A stretch of 64,000 nucleotides of DNA from IMG/VR virus record IMGVR_UViG_3300020583_000139, positions 7,868 to 71,867 of that record; one strand, 5' to 3'. The position numbers and the translations under genes are program-made. Position 1 is the stretch's first letter. Every line of letters starts with the position of its first letter. The notes under the pieces are model-generated. The model made no database searches, was not told the DNA's origin, and saw only the letters and a list, made by a program, of their open reading frames with translations. This document shows, piece after piece, positions 9,529 to 21,888 of this stretch. Origin of the DNA: a virus.

Positions 9529-11276
9529 TTTACGATCTTTCCACCTTGGATGAGTTTTCCACCGATACTAAGATTGGGTTGTGGTCCTATGGGTGCAGCT
9601 TTGTAAGCCACACCTACATAGTTAATGCTTGTCAAATTTCCGCTGTTGTGCAGCACTATCGTATTGTTCACCGTCGCCGTGCTCGGGTTGTAGTAATGGC
9701 TGTAGTAGTCGGCTGCGTCGTTGCCGCCTGTGTCCGTCTCGCCCAGATAAAACATCGTGTCGAGCGGACCGGGGCTGCCATTATCTGGAGGCCCAGTACC
9801 GAACGCTGCGCTAAAGATGATGAGTCCATTCTTGGTCGACGGAGTAATGCTGGGAAGATTTGTCTGGTTCGTCTCCACTAGGTTAGTGGTCGTCGCATGA
9901 GATGCCGCCGTGGTTCCTCGCAAGCCACGAGAAATTGTGAGTGTCCCAGTTCCACCTCCAGAAGTTACCTGAATGATCTCACTTTCCCACATAAGAAAAT
10001 CGTTGTTGGCGATGGTGTTGGTGTTTACCGTGACGGTAGTATCCGTCGCGATCCTGGATTGTGTTGTCGTGGTGGCCGCAGTCACAGTAGTGCCATTTCC
10101 CGCAACGGTGTCGAATGGGGATGTAGCCGCACCGGATACACAATAGAGCATGTGCGCCCCACCGCTTGGTGTTCCAGTCTCGCTGATGGTGGTCGTCATC
10201 GTACTAGTAAGTGAGAGAGTACCATCGTCGCTGGAATAAACCTGCGATGTGTCGTTCGCATCGATCGAATGCTTTGTCAGAGTCTTTGTCGGATTCGCGA
10301 TGACCACGCCGGTCAAAGCGTCTTGGTTGACTCCAGCGGAATGAACAAAGATAAAGTGATTTGGATTGCCGAACCCGCACGGCACATTGACTGTCTGTGG
10401 GTAGGTAGCGCCAGGGAAAACATGGAAGATGCTACGGACGATGATACCAGCCGCGAAGTCCGACCCTTGCGAGGCGGGATTGAATGCCGCAGAGACCCCC
10501 ATGTTGTCGGTGTCGGTGTCGCCAGAGACTGTGATACCAGGGTTAATCGCCGCCGCTGTGCTCTGTACAAAGAACTGCGCCCACGAAATGAGCGCCGAGC
10601 CCATACGGTTACCTTCAAGCAGAGTGAAGCTCGACCCAGCGGTGAACCCGGTGGCGTTCGGCGCGTTGCCGGGGAAACCGCCGTTCGCGTCCATTCCAAA
10701 GTTTAGTATCAGGGTTCCGTTGACGGACGGCGTGAAGCTACCGGACGACATCGTTGGGCCGGTGAGCCCCTGAGCGCTGCCAGTCCCTTTCAAAGTACAG
10801 TCCGTGTTGTAGGACACGACTGCCATGCGCTTGAAGTTCAGAAGCGTCGAAGCGAAGTGAACCTTAATGAATTGAGTTCCGGCTACCGTCCCGCCCAAGG
10901 TGTACCAAATGGCGCTGTCGTTCGTAGTGCCGTTACCCGTGTTGCTTTGCTTTTTGGCGAGCGTCCAAGTGTTCTGGGTGCCGAGGTTGGACGCGCCGGG
11001 ACCACCCGGAGACTGAAGGTCAGTTATCGTAGGGTCCGTCGCAAGGTGATTGTAGGTGAGGAACAGCACCACGCAATCGTTCGTCGGAATGGCGTCGAGG
11101 TTGATGTTGAAATCATTACCGACTTCATTTCCTGCGTTCGAGGCACTATCGACAAATTGGATGATCGTCGGTGTCTGCGCCGAGCAGATAATCGGGAATA
11201 AGAAAAGCAGTAGTAGAAACCATACTCTCTTTATAGTCTGAATTGACTCCCTCGTCTTTATGGTTGCAACGTACAT
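9525..11276 (-). CDS. secreted Thr/Gly-rich beta-rich protein (fibre/adhesin-like)
   Basis: signal-like [19 protein letters not shown]; E.I.VT...LTISRG..GT.A..H module; exact start uncertain. Confidence 0.65.
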   Translation of the reverse strand: MYVATIKTRESIQTIKRVWFLLLLFLFPIICSAQTPTIIQFVDSASNAGNEVGNDFNINLDAIPTNDCVVLFLTYNHLATDPTITDLQSPGGPGASNLGTQNTWTLAKKQSNTGNGTTNDSAIWYTLGGTVAGTQFIKVHFASTLLNFKRMAVVSYNTDCTLKGTGSAQGLTGPTMSSGSFTPSVNGTLILNFGMDANGGFPGNAPNATGFTAGSSFTLLEGNRMGSALISWAQFFVQSTAAAINPGITVSGDTDTDNMGVSAAFNPASQGSDFAAGIIVRSIFHVFPGATYPQTVNVPCGFGNPNHFIFVHSAGVNQDALTGVVIANPTKTLTKHSIDANDTSQVYSSDDGTLSLTSTMTTTISETGTPSGGAHMLYCVSGAATSPFDTVAGNGTTVTAATTTTQSRIATDTTVTVNTNTIANNDFLMWESEIIQVTSGGGTGTLTISRGLRGTTAASHATTTNLVETNQTNLPSITPSTKNGLIIFSAAFGTGPPDNGSPGPLDTMFYLGETDTGGNDAADYYSHYYNPSTATVNNTIVLHNSGNLTSINYVGVAYKAAPIGPQPNLSIGGKLIQGGKIVN

Positions 11277-14200
11277 GAAGTTCCTCGGTAAATTGTAATC
11301 GAGTCGCTTGCGCTGCCCGTCAGCACCATAATATTCAATGTCGTTGCGCCTGCTCCTTGCTCAATCGTACCCCAAATATCAAATACAAAAATGTCGGCCA
11401 CGGTGCCAATCGCTCCTGCTGCGCTAGGAGTGAACCCAGTACCGCCAATGTTCGTAGCGGTTGTGGTGGTTAACGTTGGCAGCGTGCCATCAACGCCTGT
11501 AACTGCAAGTCCAGTGCTTATTCTGTCCGCGGCATAAATATTCGTGGGTGCTGTAGTTGTTGCTTGAATTCCAAAAAAGTTAGCCGCGGCAGCCGTCGCT
11601 TGGGAATAGGAGCCGTGGCAAACGAATGAATAATTGTGATTCGTAGCCGGTAGAGTCCACGTTAATCCAGTGATCGTTACCAGCGATGTGCTGGCTGTCG
11701 TGAAGTTGGAAGCTACTTGAACCGTGTTCCCTGTGCGAATGAAAGCTGAACTGTTTCCGGCTGTCCCGTTGCCGACGTCCACGATGCCTGCGGCATCGCG
11801 CGAGAGTCCGGTATCCGCATTCCAGTTGTAAACGGTCCCACTGGGCAATTGCAGAGAATTGGAAATCGTGATCGGATTTGTGGATGTACCGGCAACCGCT
11901 GGAGCCGTGAAGGTAGCAGAGCCGCTCGTCGAGCCGGCGAGCGCCAAAATTCCACTGCTCGTGCCCGCTAAACCAACAGTGAGTGTGGGTGCTGAAAACT
12001 GTAATTGTGTCGTAATGCTTTCCGTCACGACGCCAGAAGAATTTGACCAAATAGGAAAACCCGTAGCCGCCGCACCCGGCAAAGTCAACGAATAAGCAGT
12101 AACCGAAGTCGGAGCTTGCTCGATGATCGTATTGGCTGGAATGTTCGTATTCGCAGTAGTGTTCGTCGAACCTTGCGTGAATCCGACGAAACCGGCCGTC
12201 GTCCCCGCAACGGAAACGACTCCCGCAAGGCCCGCGGTTCCGCTACCACCGGTTCCCGCCGCGCCTGGCGTGAGCACTATGTTCCCGCCGTTAGCATTCG
12301 CGCCCGTGCCTGACCCAGCCCCGCCGTTCCCTGCCGTGAGGTTGACCGCACCACCTGCCCCACCGGTCCCCGCCGTTGCTCCGGATGCCGCGCCGCCCGC
12401 TCCAGCGTTAAGTGTCACAATCGAGCCCGCGCCCGCCGTGCCTGTCGCGGTCGTGTTTGCACCGCCAGTTAAGCCGCTCACAAGGAAAAGAGTCCCCGCT
12501 GATGGGCTAGGCGTAGTCGAGGATGAGGCGATAGCCGTGCCTTGGATGACAAATTCCCCAGTAGCACCAGCCGTGCCAGATCCCCCGATACCGGCTTTGC
12601 CAAGAGTTACCGTGAAATTTCCGCCACTCGCGTTCGTTCCGGTACCCGCCGAGGCTCCCCCGTTGCCAGTAATAAAGGCGAGTGCGCCGCCAGCACCACC
12701 CACGGCATTGGTACCCGTGCCCGCTCCGCCGATGCCCCCATTTAGGGATACGCCGGAACCCACACCGGCTGTACCAGCCGCATTCGACGATGGACCCCCT
12801 GCTACCCCAGAAACGTTGAAAATCGTTCCTGCAGCCACGCCAGTCGCATTGGCCGTAGATGCTGGCGCGTTGCCAGTAATCTGGAACTGACCAACCGTTC
12901 CAGCGGTTCCGGTCGCGCTATTCGTCCCAGGTGCGCCCAGCGTTACTATGAAACTGCCGCCACTACCTGCGGTCGCCGCGCCCGTGCCGCCGTTGCCGCC
13001 CGCTCCAGTCGTCCAGGAGACCCCGCCGCCGTTGCCGCCATTGTTTGTAGCGGTTCCTCCCGCGGCGCCGCCCGCTCCAGTCGTCAAGGTGAAAGCGCCA
13101 CCCGCTCCTCCAATACCTGTAGTCGCGCCGCCCGCCGAGCCCGCGCCGGTCAAGAGCGTAATGGGAGCGCCGACGCTGCCCGCATTGCTTGCACCAGACG
13201 CGCCTCCCGCTGCTGCCGCCGAGATACTTAGCACAGCCGGTGCGTTTGCGTTTGCTGGTCCTGCCGCGCCCTGCGTGATTTGCAGAGCAATGGCTGTCGT
13301 CGTTGTGAGAGTGGTGATCTGTGTTTCCGCTGCTCCTGCGGTCGTCGCCGCTGTCGTCTCGCCCATCGTCACGCAAGTTGTGCCGCTCGTGAGCGCGCAG
13401 TTGATGGTCAAAGGATTGTTGCCGTCCGCTATCGCCGCAATCGCTCCGGTCGCACTGACCACCTGATTGATCGGGATATTCGGCAAATCTCCAGCGACAA
13501 GCGCGCATGGCGTAAATGTCGTTGCGGCTCCGCATGTCCCAATAACTTGATGTGAAGTTTGACTAGTAGCAGGTGTGATCGCCACGACGCCCGCGCTAGA
13601 AGTTACCGCCGCCGAAAGCCACGATGGAACTGTTATCGATGTTGCTACCGTCGCAGAACCGGTTGGCAAGGAAAGCGTAGTGGAACCCAAGGCACCAGTT
13701 ACGGGTGACAGAGTGATGCTGCCGCTCGTTGCATTCGCAAAGGCTAACGTTCCGACTGTTGACCCTGCTACACCAAGAGTCGGTGTTGCGGTGAACGCGG
13801 GACCCGAGCCAGCAAGAACTTGACCAGCCGCGCCAGTAATCGACACGGCACCTGCAGCGCTTACGGCTATCGGTGCAGTCCCCGTGATTGCGCCGCCCCC
13901 ACTCGACGTCACGCAAGTCGTGCAGGTGATGTTGCCAGTCGCTGTCGTAATAGCGAGAGGCGAGGACGCGGTGACTGCGGGTGTTCCCGAAGAGGTTCCA
14001 GCCGTCCATGTTGGCGTGCCTGCCGCCGCCTGAGTTGTGATGGTCAGAGTTCCGCTAGTTGTCCCAAGGATTAAGAGGTTGCCCTGCGTACCCACCGCGC
14101 CAAGAGAAATCTGTCCAGCCGCTTCGACGACGTTTGCCAAGCAGGATACCGCTGTGCCTGTGGCTGCATAGTAAGCGACACCACCGTTGGTCGCGCAATT

Positions 14201-17200
14201 GTTTACGGTGCCACTTCCTCCGCCGCCTGTCGCCAGCACGACCGCAGTATTCATTTGGATCAATGGAAGCGTCGTACTAGCCGTGAAGGTTGTCCCATCA
14301 GGTAAAGTCCAAGCCCCAGATGTAGCCATCACGATTCCAACTGTCGCACCCTGCGCGTTGGTGCAGCTCGAGGTACCAGCCGAATCCGTGACTTTGCCGG
14401 CAGTCGAGCCGGCGCAAACCGTATGTCCAAGCGTTACGGCCGCACTCGCGTTGACGGGGATCTGCGCATCGGTAGCGACTTGGACGGTATTTGTGTTCAC
14501 GAGTTCGGCGATGCCAATCCATGACTGTGGTGTAGCTCCGCAATCAGCTACCGTCATCGCCGCGGATTCGCATTGGAGGTTCCACTGGGTAACGGTCGTA
14601 CCTTTGACATAGATAGCGAGTTGAACAAAAAGACCTTGCAAGCCTTGAGTTGCACCAGTACTTGCGCCAGGCAAAAGTTCGATATTCCCACCTGCGCTCG
14701 TCGCATTTGTTGCTGCGTTTGTACCACCTTCAAGGAGCACGCCGCCACCAGCCGCGGTTGCGCCGCCTGCGCCGGTTTCATTTGCGCCACGCAGCGTCAA
14801 ACTCCCAAGAACGGAATTCGCGCTGGCATCTTGTCCACCGGAGATCGACCAACTTTGTGTCGTAGTCGTATTATTCAGGAGATTTGAACTGTACTGAATC
14901 GTAGTGGTCTGGCTGGCTTGCGAACCCGCGCCAGTCATCAAGGCATTGGAAGTTAAGGAAGCCGCCGAGGTTACACAGGTCGCGCAAGCAATCGTGCCCG
15001 TGGTCGTAATTGTTCCGCCTGTGATCGGACTCGTTGTGGCGATACTCGTGACGGTTCCAGAGGCATTTCCTGCTTGGCCTTGCATCTGCCAGTTTGTTCC
15101 ATCGAATTCAAGCAGGCTGTCTGTTCCCACCAAGAGGTCATTGGCGATCAAGTTGGTCCCACCGGCTTGTTTTTTGATCGTTGCAGCGGATGTGCTATTC
15201 ACATTCAGCGTTGCCGAACCTGTGTTTGCGACATCCGCTTGGAAGAGAATTATGTCTCCATCGACAGGAGTGAAGGATGGAGAAGTAGAGCATGTATAAG
15301 CCGTCCCCGAGGCTGAGGCCGCAGCACAAGTCAAAACAGAAGAAACGCCGTGCGCTGTAGCTGCAATGAGTTGTTTGCTTGCGTTCGTGCCGATGACTCC
15401 CGCCGACGTTGGAATTGCCGCACCCTCGATCTGGACAACGGTAGTCGCAAGCGCTCCTGCGGTATTCGTGACATCACCCGTGAGAGCCGGGAATCCGCTC
15501 GCCTGCAAACGCCCATTCGCATCGGTGGGGAGAATTTCCGCGCTCCACCAGTTTGTGTTATCGCTCCACCAGAAGGCACATTCTGGATTGCTGCCCGAGA
15601 CAGCACCCAAGAGTTTCAGTGCGGCGTTGCCGTTCACTGTCGATGTCGTTGGTGTGTCCGTGGCCACAACGGTTCCGGTATTGCAATGCACGAATGCATA
15701 GTTACTGGCAAAACCGCTTGAACCGGCCTGTGCAACCGTGACAGCCGTGGAGGTAGTATTATTTGTCGTCAACAAAAGCGTGACGCGATCCGTTGCGGGT
15801 GTCGTCGAGCCGGTCGATTGCCCAACGATAGAATAGGTAGCGCCAGCCTGTGAATCGGTTGGGACTCCGGGGAGGTTACAGGTCGGCGCCACCGCAGCGC
15901 TGGCAGTCACGACAAATCCGCAGTTGTACGAACTGTTTGTCGTCGGCGAGTTCAGTCCGGTCAGCAAACCACCGCTGCCAGCATAGACCAACGCATCTTG
16001 CGTGAGCGCCGAATCGGTCACATTTGTTCCGGTGATTCCGCCTGCCGAAGTTACCGTTGCGCTCGTCGAGCCGAGATTGAGCGTACCCAGCGTTGCGGTC
16101 ACCGAAAGTACAGCACTACCGCTAGTGGCGCCGTTGAGCGTCAAACTTCCAGGCAGGACCATGGCGCCGCCCGCGCTCAAGGTTGCTGTTGCTGAAGGCG
16201 TCTGCGATCCTTGGCTTCCTGCGCCGGTCATAATTGCCGTGCTGGTCAAGGATGCAGCACTAGTCACGCACGTCGCGCAAGCAATGGTTCCCGTTCCCGT
16301 GATCGTGCCGCCCGTGATCGGTCCGGTCGTCGCAATGCTTGTGACCGTGCCAACAGTAGCTTCATCGATCGTTGCGAAATAATTGGTTCCATCCGAAACA
16401 ACGTAAGCGCTTGTCGGAGCCGTGGAAGACCCAGCATTTAGCGTAACGTTAGCGGCCACTCCATTGATGTTTTGCCCGTTGCGTCCGATTGTAACCACGC
16501 CGCTGCCATAGTTCACGACATTTATGCATTGCCCCGAGGCGGGCTGAGATGCAGAAGAAACCAAGGTGATCGTGAACGTCCCGGAGGCCGCAGTAATCGT
16601 CTTGCATCCAGAAAAATCTGCCGCCGTTGCCGAATAGGTCGTCGTCTGTGGATTCACTACGAATGGTTGATCGGCGACGAGTTGTTTCGAGCCATTGGTA
16701 CCAATGAAGAAAGTAGACACGGGAATCGCCGCTCCCTCGATCTGCACGACAGTTGTCGCCATGGATCCGGCCGTGGTGACATCTCCGGACAGATTTGAGA
16801 CTTGCGAACCCTGGCCGCCAGCGCCAGCCATGATTTGACCGGAAATCAAAGCCGAGGCTGAAGTCACGCACGTTGCGCACGCTATTGTGCCGCTCGAAGT
16901 GATTGTGCCCCCAGTGATGGGCGAAGTAGTGGCAATACTCGTAACCGTGCCGGACCCGATAGGCGCATTGCCAATCGTATAGAACTCCCAATAAGTGCCA
17001 TCATAGGTCGCGAGCAAATACACGCCAGCTTGCAAATCTCCCGATGCGAGCGTCGAAGTCCCTTGCCATTTACGGGCATGGACCGCTGAAGAACTGTTTA
17101 CGTTGATCGTTACGTCGCCAGTATTCGTCGTGGTTGTTTTGTAGATGATCGTATCGCCAGCCGCGGGCGTGAAACCCGGTGAAGATGTACAACTTTGCGC

Positions 17201-18946
17201 AGTTCCCGATCCGGAAGAATCCAAGCAAAGATTGGGAGCCGCGAGGTTGTGAGCCGTATCGGTAATCAGTTGAGCGCTGCCATTCGAACCCAGAACGCTC
17301 GCGCTAGTGGGGATGACCCCATTATTTACTTTTCCTACGGTCGTCGCGAGTGAGCCGGCACTGTTGGTCACGTCCCCCGTAAGTGCGGGGAAAGCTGCTG
17401 TGGGAAGTGTCGTCGTGGGGACGCAGATTTTGTTGATGCCCGTATAAGCGCAGATTTGATTTGCTACAGCATTCGAGGTCTGCGTGACGAGATTTGTATA
17501 GAGAACTCCGGAATCTAGCAAAATTGTTCCTGTGGTATTCGAGAACGCAGCAACATCGTTCGTCGTCGAGCTTCCAGGCCCGCTTACATTGCCACCGCCT
17601 GTGGGTGTCGCCCATGTCGCATCGCCACGCCAGAAAGTCGTGTTACTTGCTCCGGAACCGCCATTCAGATTGCTGACTGGTAGATTTCCGGTGACACCTC
17701 CGTTCCCCGAAGTAGCCAAGTTGATTGCGGGGACCTGCGCAGCCACTAATGCACAAAACGTTGGGGCAGCCGTTAAACTCGTGCAATTTCCGAAAACCGT
17801 ATTTGCGCCTTGCGTGTTCAGCGCGAAAGACAAGGCTGGCGTCGTCGTTGCCGTGGCCACTGAGGTCGTAAAAAGTGGGGAGAGAGTTCCGGCCGTAAAA
17901 GTCGTCACAGTGCCGTTCGTGCCGTTCGCGGCTGCGGTGATTAAGCCCTTGGCGTTTACTGTAATATTCGCGTTCGTGAACGAACCCACATTAGAGTTGA
18001 CCGTTGCGAGAGTCGTCACGCATGATCCCGCAGTGGTTGTGATGTCCCCGGTGAGTGCGGGAAAGAATCCGCAGCCAAGCGTTGCAGAAAGCGAACCCGC
18101 TGAACCCGTAGTGTTCTGGTTGAACGTCGGGAAATTCGTCATGTTAGCCGCGCTGATCGTCGGCGCGGTTTGGTAGCTCGGGACACCGGCACCGCCCGTG
18201 GGTGGACCTGCCAAGACAGAATTCTGGGCTGCGTTAGTCAAAGTAAAACTAAGCGCTGGTGTCGTGGTCGCCGTGGAAACAAACGTGGTAAAAATTGGGG
18301 ACAGATTACCCGCGCTAAAAGAAGATACCGTTCCACCGGTTATCAAACAGTTGCCACCAGAACTTGTAAGGCAGGTCAGTTGACTTGTTCCCGCATTTAT
18401 ATACAGCCGGAAGTTTCCCGCTGCGGGGTTACTTGGTGTCGAGATCCCCGTGATGTCCTGAAAGCTGCTGCCAATGCCTCCGGTGAATGCGCTGCCGCCT
18501 GTTCCTCCACCGCTGCGCGCGAACTCCGTCCAGACCGTACCGTTTAGTACCAAACTTAGGGAATTCGAAGTAGCGCATGACCAAGAAGAGTTGACGAGAA
18601 TTGTTGCGGAGTTTGCGACAGTCGTAAAAGTATCACTGGGTCCGCAGAGCAAACGAAGAGTCTGATGCGGGAAACCACCTAGAAAATTGGTAATCGTAGT
18701 TGCGCCGGTATTTTGCGTAATCCAGTTTGCTTGCTGCGAGATCGTAGGTGTTGTGCCAGTCGGAAGATTTGCCGCACCCCCGAGAATAGAATCGATCAGG
18801 CTCAGATCATTGTCGATGGGGACTTGCCAGTTTGTGGACTGGTAGGCAGGAATCACCAATTGAATATTGGGCGTGATGGTTTGGCCTTGCCCATAAAGAG
18901 TATTCACCACAAGCAAGGTTAAACAGATTAGAGTTGTTTTTTTCAT
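11258..18946 (-). CDS. giant (2562 aa) secreted fibre/adhesin-like protein with internal repeats and a Gly-rich region
   Basis: signal peptide; repeated GTVTSIATT...CATCVTS and FPALTGDV modules; GxGG-rich segment. Confidence 0.8.
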   Translation of the reverse strand: MKKTTLICLTLLVVNTLYGQGQTITPNIQLVIPAYQSTNWQVPIDNDLSLIDSILGGAANLPTGTTPTISQQANWITQNTGATTITNFLGGFPHQTLRLLCGPSDTFTTVANSATILVNSSWSCATSNSLSLVLNGTVWTEFARSGGGTGGSAFTGGIGSSFQDITGISTPSNPAAGNFRLYINAGTSQLTCLTSSGGNCLITGGTVSSFSAGNLSPIFTTFVSTATTTPALSFTLTNAAQNSVLAGPPTGGAGVPSYQTAPTISAANMTNFPTFNQNTTGSAGSLSATLGCGFFPALTGDITTTAGSCVTTLATVNSNVGSFTNANITVNAKGLITAAANGTNGTVTTFTAGTLSPLFTTSVATATTTPALSFALNTQGANTVFGNCTSLTAAPTFCALVAAQVPAINLATSGNGGVTGNLPVSNLNGGSGASNTTFWRGDATWATPTGGGNVSGPGSSTTNDVAAFSNTTGTILLDSGVLYTNLVTQTSNAVANQICAYTGINKICVPTTTLPTAAFPALTGDVTNSAGSLATTVGKVNNGVIPTSASVLGSNGSAQLITDTAHNLAAPNLCLDSSGSGTAQSCTSSPGFTPAAGDTIIYKTTTTNTGDVTINVNSSSAVHARKWQGTSTLASGDLQAGVYLLATYDGTYWEFYTIGNAPIGSGTVTSIATTSPITGGTITSSGTIACATCVTSASALISGQIMAGAGGQGSQVSNLSGDVTTAGSMATTVVQIEGAAIPVSTFFIGTNGSKQLVADQPFVVNPQTTTYSATAADFSGCKTITAASGTFTITLVSSASQPASGQCINVVNYGSGVVTIGRNGQNINGVAANVTLNAGSSTAPTSAYVVSDGTNYFATIDEATVGTVTSIATTGPITGGTITGTGTIACATCVTSAASLTSTAIMTGAGSQGSQTPSATATLSAGGAMVLPGSLTLNGATSGSAVLSVTATLGTLNLGSTSATVTSAGGITGTNVTDSALTQDALVYAGSGGLLTGLNSPTTNSSYNCGFVVTASAAVAPTCNLPGVPTDSQAGATYSIVGQSTGSTTPATDRVTLLLTTNNTTSTAVTVAQAGSSGFASNYAFVHCNTGTVVATDTPTTSTVNGNAALKLLGAVSGSNPECAFWWSDNTNWWSAEILPTDANGRLQASGFPALTGDVTNTAGALATTVVQIEGAAIPTSAGVIGTNASKQLIAATAHGVSSVLTCAAASASGTAYTCSTSPSFTPVDGDIILFQADVANTGSATLNVNSTSAATIKKQAGGTNLIANDLLVGTDSLLEFDGTNWQMQGQAGNASGTVTSIATTSPITGGTITTTGTIACATCVTSAASLTSNALMTGAGSQASQTTTIQYSSNLLNNTTTTQSWSISGGQDASANSVLGSLTLRGANETGAGGATAAGGGVLLEGGTNAATNATSAGGNIELLPGASTGATQGLQGLFVQLAIYVKGTTVTQWNLQCESAAMTVADCGATPQSWIGIAELVNTNTVQVATDAQIPVNASAAVTLGHTVCAGSTAGKVTDSAGTSSCTNAQGATVGIVMATSGAWTLPDGTTFTASTTLPLIQMNTAVVLATGGGGSGTVNNCATNGGVAYYAATGTAVSCLANVVEAAGQISLGAVGTQGNLLILGTTSGTLTITTQAAAGTPTWTAGTSSGTPAVTASSPLAITTATGNITCTTCVTSSGGGAITGTAPIAVSAAGAVSITGAAGQVLAGSGPAFTATPTLGVAGSTVGTLAFANATSGSITLSPVTGALGSTTLSLPTGSATVATSITVPSWLSAAVTSSAGVVAITPATSQTSHQVIGTCGAATTFTPCALVAGDLPNIPINQVVSATGAIAAIADGNNPLTINCALTSGTTCVTMGETTAATTAGAAETQITTLTTTTAIALQITQGAAGPANANAPAVLSISAAAAGGASGASNAGSVGAPITLLTGAGSAGGATTGIGGAGGAFTLTTGAGGAAGGTATNNGGNGGGVSWTTGAGGNGGTGAATAGSGGSFIVTLGAPGTNSATGTAGTVGQFQITGNAPASTANATGVAAGTIFNVSGVAGGPSSNAAGTAGVGSGVSLNGGIGGAGTGTNAVGGAGGALAFITGNGGASAGTGTNASGGNFTVTLGKAGIGGSGTAGATGEFVIQGTAIASSSTTPSPSAGTLFLVSGLTGGANTTATGTAGAGSIVTLNAGAGGAASGATAGTGGAGGAVNLTAGNGGAGSGTGANANGGNIVLTPGAAGTGGSGTAGLAGVVSVAGTTAGFVGFTQGSTNTTANTNIPANTIIEQAPTSVTAYSLTLPGAAATGFPIWSNSSGVVTESITTQLQFSAPTLTVGLAGTSSGILALAGSTSGSATFTAPAVAGTSTNPITISNSLQLPSGTVYNWNADTGLSRDAAGIVDVGNGTAGNSSAFIRTGNTVQVASNFTTASTSLVTITGLTWTLPATNHNYSFVCHGSYSQATAAAANFFGIQATTTAPTNIYAADRISTGLAVTGVDGTLPTLTTTTATNIGGTGFTPSAAGAIGTVADIFVFDIWGTIEQGAGATTLNIMVLTGSASDSITIYRGTSCTLQP

Positions 18947-18961
18947 CTCAGTTCACTACCT

Positions 18962-20737
18962 CTAAAAACACTTCCACGAAACGCCGTTAGAAAATGCAAG
19001 CGCTTTGTTGGAAGAACTTCCGACGCAAGTCTGACCTTCTGCCGAAATGGTCGTGGAATCCGTGACATACATCATCAAACCGGGATTGGAAGCCGCCGAG
19101 GGTAGCGCCGAAACGATCACGCCTCCTGCTCTAACGCCATCATTGAAAGAAGCTACTCCGCTTCCTGTGTCAGCCTCAATAGAGAACTTTGTGCCACTGC
19201 CCGGCGTGGTCTGAGGACGAATTTTTATAGGAGCGTAGTCGGTGGTGGAGAGTCCCAATTGGTCCGCGATGTCTATGCCGTATTCATTAGTTACAGTTTC
19301 CGATGGATTGCCTCCGCTACTGTTTGTGGGAGAGTAAATCCAAATCGGAGAAATTGTTACCGTATGTCCAGACGCACGATTGAGAACAGTCCGCGCCTTG
19401 AGACCCGTCAGACGATTTGCAGTCGCCGTGATTGCTTCTTCGTCAGTTCCGAAGACTGACATCCCATAGGCGACACCAGTAGTTCCCGCTGTCGGGTCAA
19501 CCGCACCAACAAATTGAGCGGCATTAGAATCACTGCCGGATATGGACGATTGCGACTCCACAAATAAAATCGTTCCACCATTCACAGGAGGACCGTAGAC
19601 AAATTCAAACAGGTTATCCCCTGTCCCCGTAGAAAACATTAAAAAGTCTAATTCGTTGGTGTCAGTGATTTGGTCGCAAGGAACCGGAGAATTGCAAAGA
19701 GCCGTCAGGGGAGCATATTTTAGATTCGTCCCGCCGAACGCTCCAGCATTGTTGTACTGAAGCGAACTGAGAGGAGTTCCGGCAGTTCCCGACAGACAAT
19801 TGGTTCCAGAACTCGTGAGACAGGTTAGAAGTCCTGAAGTGGAATCCATGTACAAGCGGTTGTAGCCTGAAGCCGGATTTCCAGGATTCGATTGAAGCAC
19901 ATTGTCTTCAAAGCCGATTTTGCTCCAGCGGAATTTCCCATTATTCCAATTCAGGTTGTTTGCGGTATCTACTCCAAGAATGTCGTATCCGGATGAACTG
20001 TCTACCCAGTTCAATTGTCCATTGAGAATGCCCTCTTGCAACACAATCCCCAGCGGAGCGCCAGCTATGGCAGGACAAGATGTGGTCGTGTAGCACACTT
20101 CGACAACTCCGCCACCTCCTCCTACTCCCGTGCCGACTTGAAGTTGCGCTCCTCCAGTCGCACTGTTGTTTATTATCAATTTATCAAGAGACCCATCCGG
20201 ACCAATCGCGGAACCCGCGACACAGCCTAATGTTCCAGAATTGTTGTACTGGAGTGACAAGGGAATAAAAATACAGGGAGTGCTTCCTCCACCACCCGCA
20301 CCACCGCTGCGAGCTACTTCGATCCACTTGCTGTTCAGCAAAACCAAGGTGATCGAGAGAGAAGAAGAACAGGACCATGGCGAAGAACCCACGGAGATAT
20401 TCGCTGAACCAGTGATGAGCGTAAGGCCATCTCCGCAGAAAATTCTCACAGTTTGACCTGGAAGGCCACCGACTAGATTGGTGATCGTCGTAGAAACCGT
20501 GTTCTGTGTAATCCAGTTTGCTTGTTGTGAGATCAGCGGCGTCGCGCCAACGGGAAGAGTTTGCGTACCTGCGATAATCCCATCGAGCGCATTCATGTCG
20601 TAGTTGATAGGGACCTGCCAGTTCGTTTGGTTGAACGCAGGAATCTGGAGTTGCAAGTTTGGAGTGTTCGTAGCTTGGGAAGACGCGCGAACCGCAAAAA
20701 GACAAAACAATGGAAGTGCGGCCAAGACTCGTAACAT
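18962..20737 (-). CDS. secreted fibre-like protein whose N-terminal domain is paralogous to that of the giant protein
   Basis: MLRVLAALPLFCLFAVRASS/Q then TPNLQLQIPAFNQTNWQVPI...; the frame is also open upstream to 21379. Confidence 0.7.
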   Translation of the reverse strand: MLRVLAALPLFCLFAVRASSQATNTPNLQLQIPAFNQTNWQVPINYDMNALDGIIAGTQTLPVGATPLISQQANWITQNTVSTTITNLVGGLPGQTVRIFCGDGLTLITGSANISVGSSPWSCSSSLSITLVLLNSKWIEVARSGGAGGGGSTPCIFIPLSLQYNNSGTLGCVAGSAIGPDGSLDKLIINNSATGGAQLQVGTGVGGGGGVVEVCYTTTSCPAIAGAPLGIVLQEGILNGQLNWVDSSSGYDILGVDTANNLNWNNGKFRWSKIGFEDNVLQSNPGNPASGYNRLYMDSTSGLLTCLTSSGTNCLSGTAGTPLSSLQYNNAGAFGGTNLKYAPLTALCNSPVPCDQITDTNELDFLMFSTGTGDNLFEFVYGPPVNGGTILFVESQSSISGSDSNAAQFVGAVDPTAGTTGVAYGMSVFGTDEEAITATANRLTGLKARTVLNRASGHTVTISPIWIYSPTNSSGGNPSETVTNEYGIDIADQLGLSTTDYAPIKIRPQTTPGSGTKFSIEADTGSGVASFNDGVRAGGVIVSALPSAASNPGLMMYVTDSTTISAEGQTCVGSSSNKALAFSNGVSWKCF

Positions 20738-20779
20738 GCTAAAATGGCTGGGTCGCACAAATCCTTTCGTGGAGGATTC

Positions 20780-21295
20780 ATGCCGAAAAGCCGAGTTAAG
20801 CGGCATTCCGTTACCCAGCCATCTGACCAATCTTATCGTCTGATTCCACTTACACAAGGGCAAAATACTCTTGTCGATGCTTCCGATTATGACTGGTTGA
20901 TGCAATGGAACTGGTGCATCTACAAAACAAGAAGAGGAAAATTGTATGCCAATCGGTGGAAGGGTACAACACGCATTTGGATGCACAGAGAAATTCTTGG
21001 TTGCTCTATAGACAAAGAGACCGACCATCAAAACGGAAATAGTTTGGACAACCGCAGATTCAATTTGAGAGAAGCATCGCGACCACAGAATGCAAAGAAT
21101 CGAAAACCAAATAAAGGCCATAAACTCAAGGGGGTTCGTTGGCATGAAGAGGGTAATGGATGGCAGGCGAGAATTCATTGTAACGGAAAATCTAAACATC
21201 TTGGACTTTTCAAAACAGAAAAAGAAGCAGCCGAGGCTTATGATGAAGCCGCAAAAAGATTGCATGGAGAATTCGCTCGTCTCAATTTTCAATAG
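20780..21295 (+). CDS. HNH-AP2 homing endonuclease, antisense to the late operon
   Basis: MHREIL..DHQNGNSLDNRRFNLR plus AP2 domain (W.ARI...HLGLF.T..EAA.AYD.AA..LHGEFA.LNF); GGAGG RBS. Confidence 0.92.
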   Translation: MPKSRVKRHSVTQPSDQSYRLIPLTQGQNTLVDASDYDWLMQWNWCIYKTRRGKLYANRWKGTTRIWMHREILGCSIDKETDHQNGNSLDNRRFNLREASRPQNAKNRKPNKGHKLKGVRWHEEGNGWQARIHCNGKSKHLGLFKTEKEAAEAYDEAAKRLHGEFARLNFQ

Positions 21296-21375
21296 ATTCG
21301 GCGTGACCGTAGACTGCGCAAAAACCATAACTGCACTCATGGCCGCGAGGATCAACAACAAGAGATGGCGTTTAT

Positions 21376-21882
21376 TCATGGATGAATCCCAATGCAATCC
21401 ACTTCCGCATAAGTTGAGGCCATAGAACCATTAGAGGTTCCGTTATAGATGGTAACCGTTACGTTACTCGAACTTTTGCTCACCGCTCCAATATAAGGAA
21501 AGTTTGTAGCCGTGATCCCTGAACATGAGACGCCATATCCGGAATCCACGAATCCAGTCCCAGGCCAATTCAAAGTAGTTGTGCAACTCGCATAGGATGC
21601 TCCTGATGTCGTACATACTGAGGTTGTAATCGCTGTTAGGACTTGAGAATATCCGCATCCGCTCGTCGTTGTATTCTTGTTCGCGTCCGTACAAAAGGGG
21701 ATGCCAGGCGAACTTGAAGTCGTTCCAGCCTGCTGCACAATGCCACTGTTACCCTGCGTGCCCGTGAGTACAGTTCCACCTCCGATCTGAAGCGAAGGAA
21801 CGCGGGTCTTGGAAGCAGCCCAAGCACTCGCACAAATCAGAAGCAGTCCAATGAATGCGCTAACAATTCCTTTTCTCATCAC
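21376..21882 (-). CDS. secreted small fibre-associated protein
   Basis: signal peptide ending AWA/A; gp53-like C-terminal beta domain; AGGAG RBS. Confidence 0.65.
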   Translation of the reverse strand: MMRKGIVSAFIGLLLICASAWAASKTRVPSLQIGGGTVLTGTQGNSGIVQQAGTTSSSPGIPFCTDANKNTTTSGCGYSQVLTAITTSVCTTSGASYASCTTTLNWPGTGFVDSGYGVSCSGITATNFPYIGAVSKSSSNVTVTIYNGTSNGSMASTYAEVDCIGIHP

Positions 21883-21888
21883 GTTCTC

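Noticed and set aside
11580-18922. Many plus-strand and alternate-frame ORFs inside the giant gene
   Set aside because: Shadow ORFs of a Gly/Ala/Thr-rich gene, with no RBS or motifs
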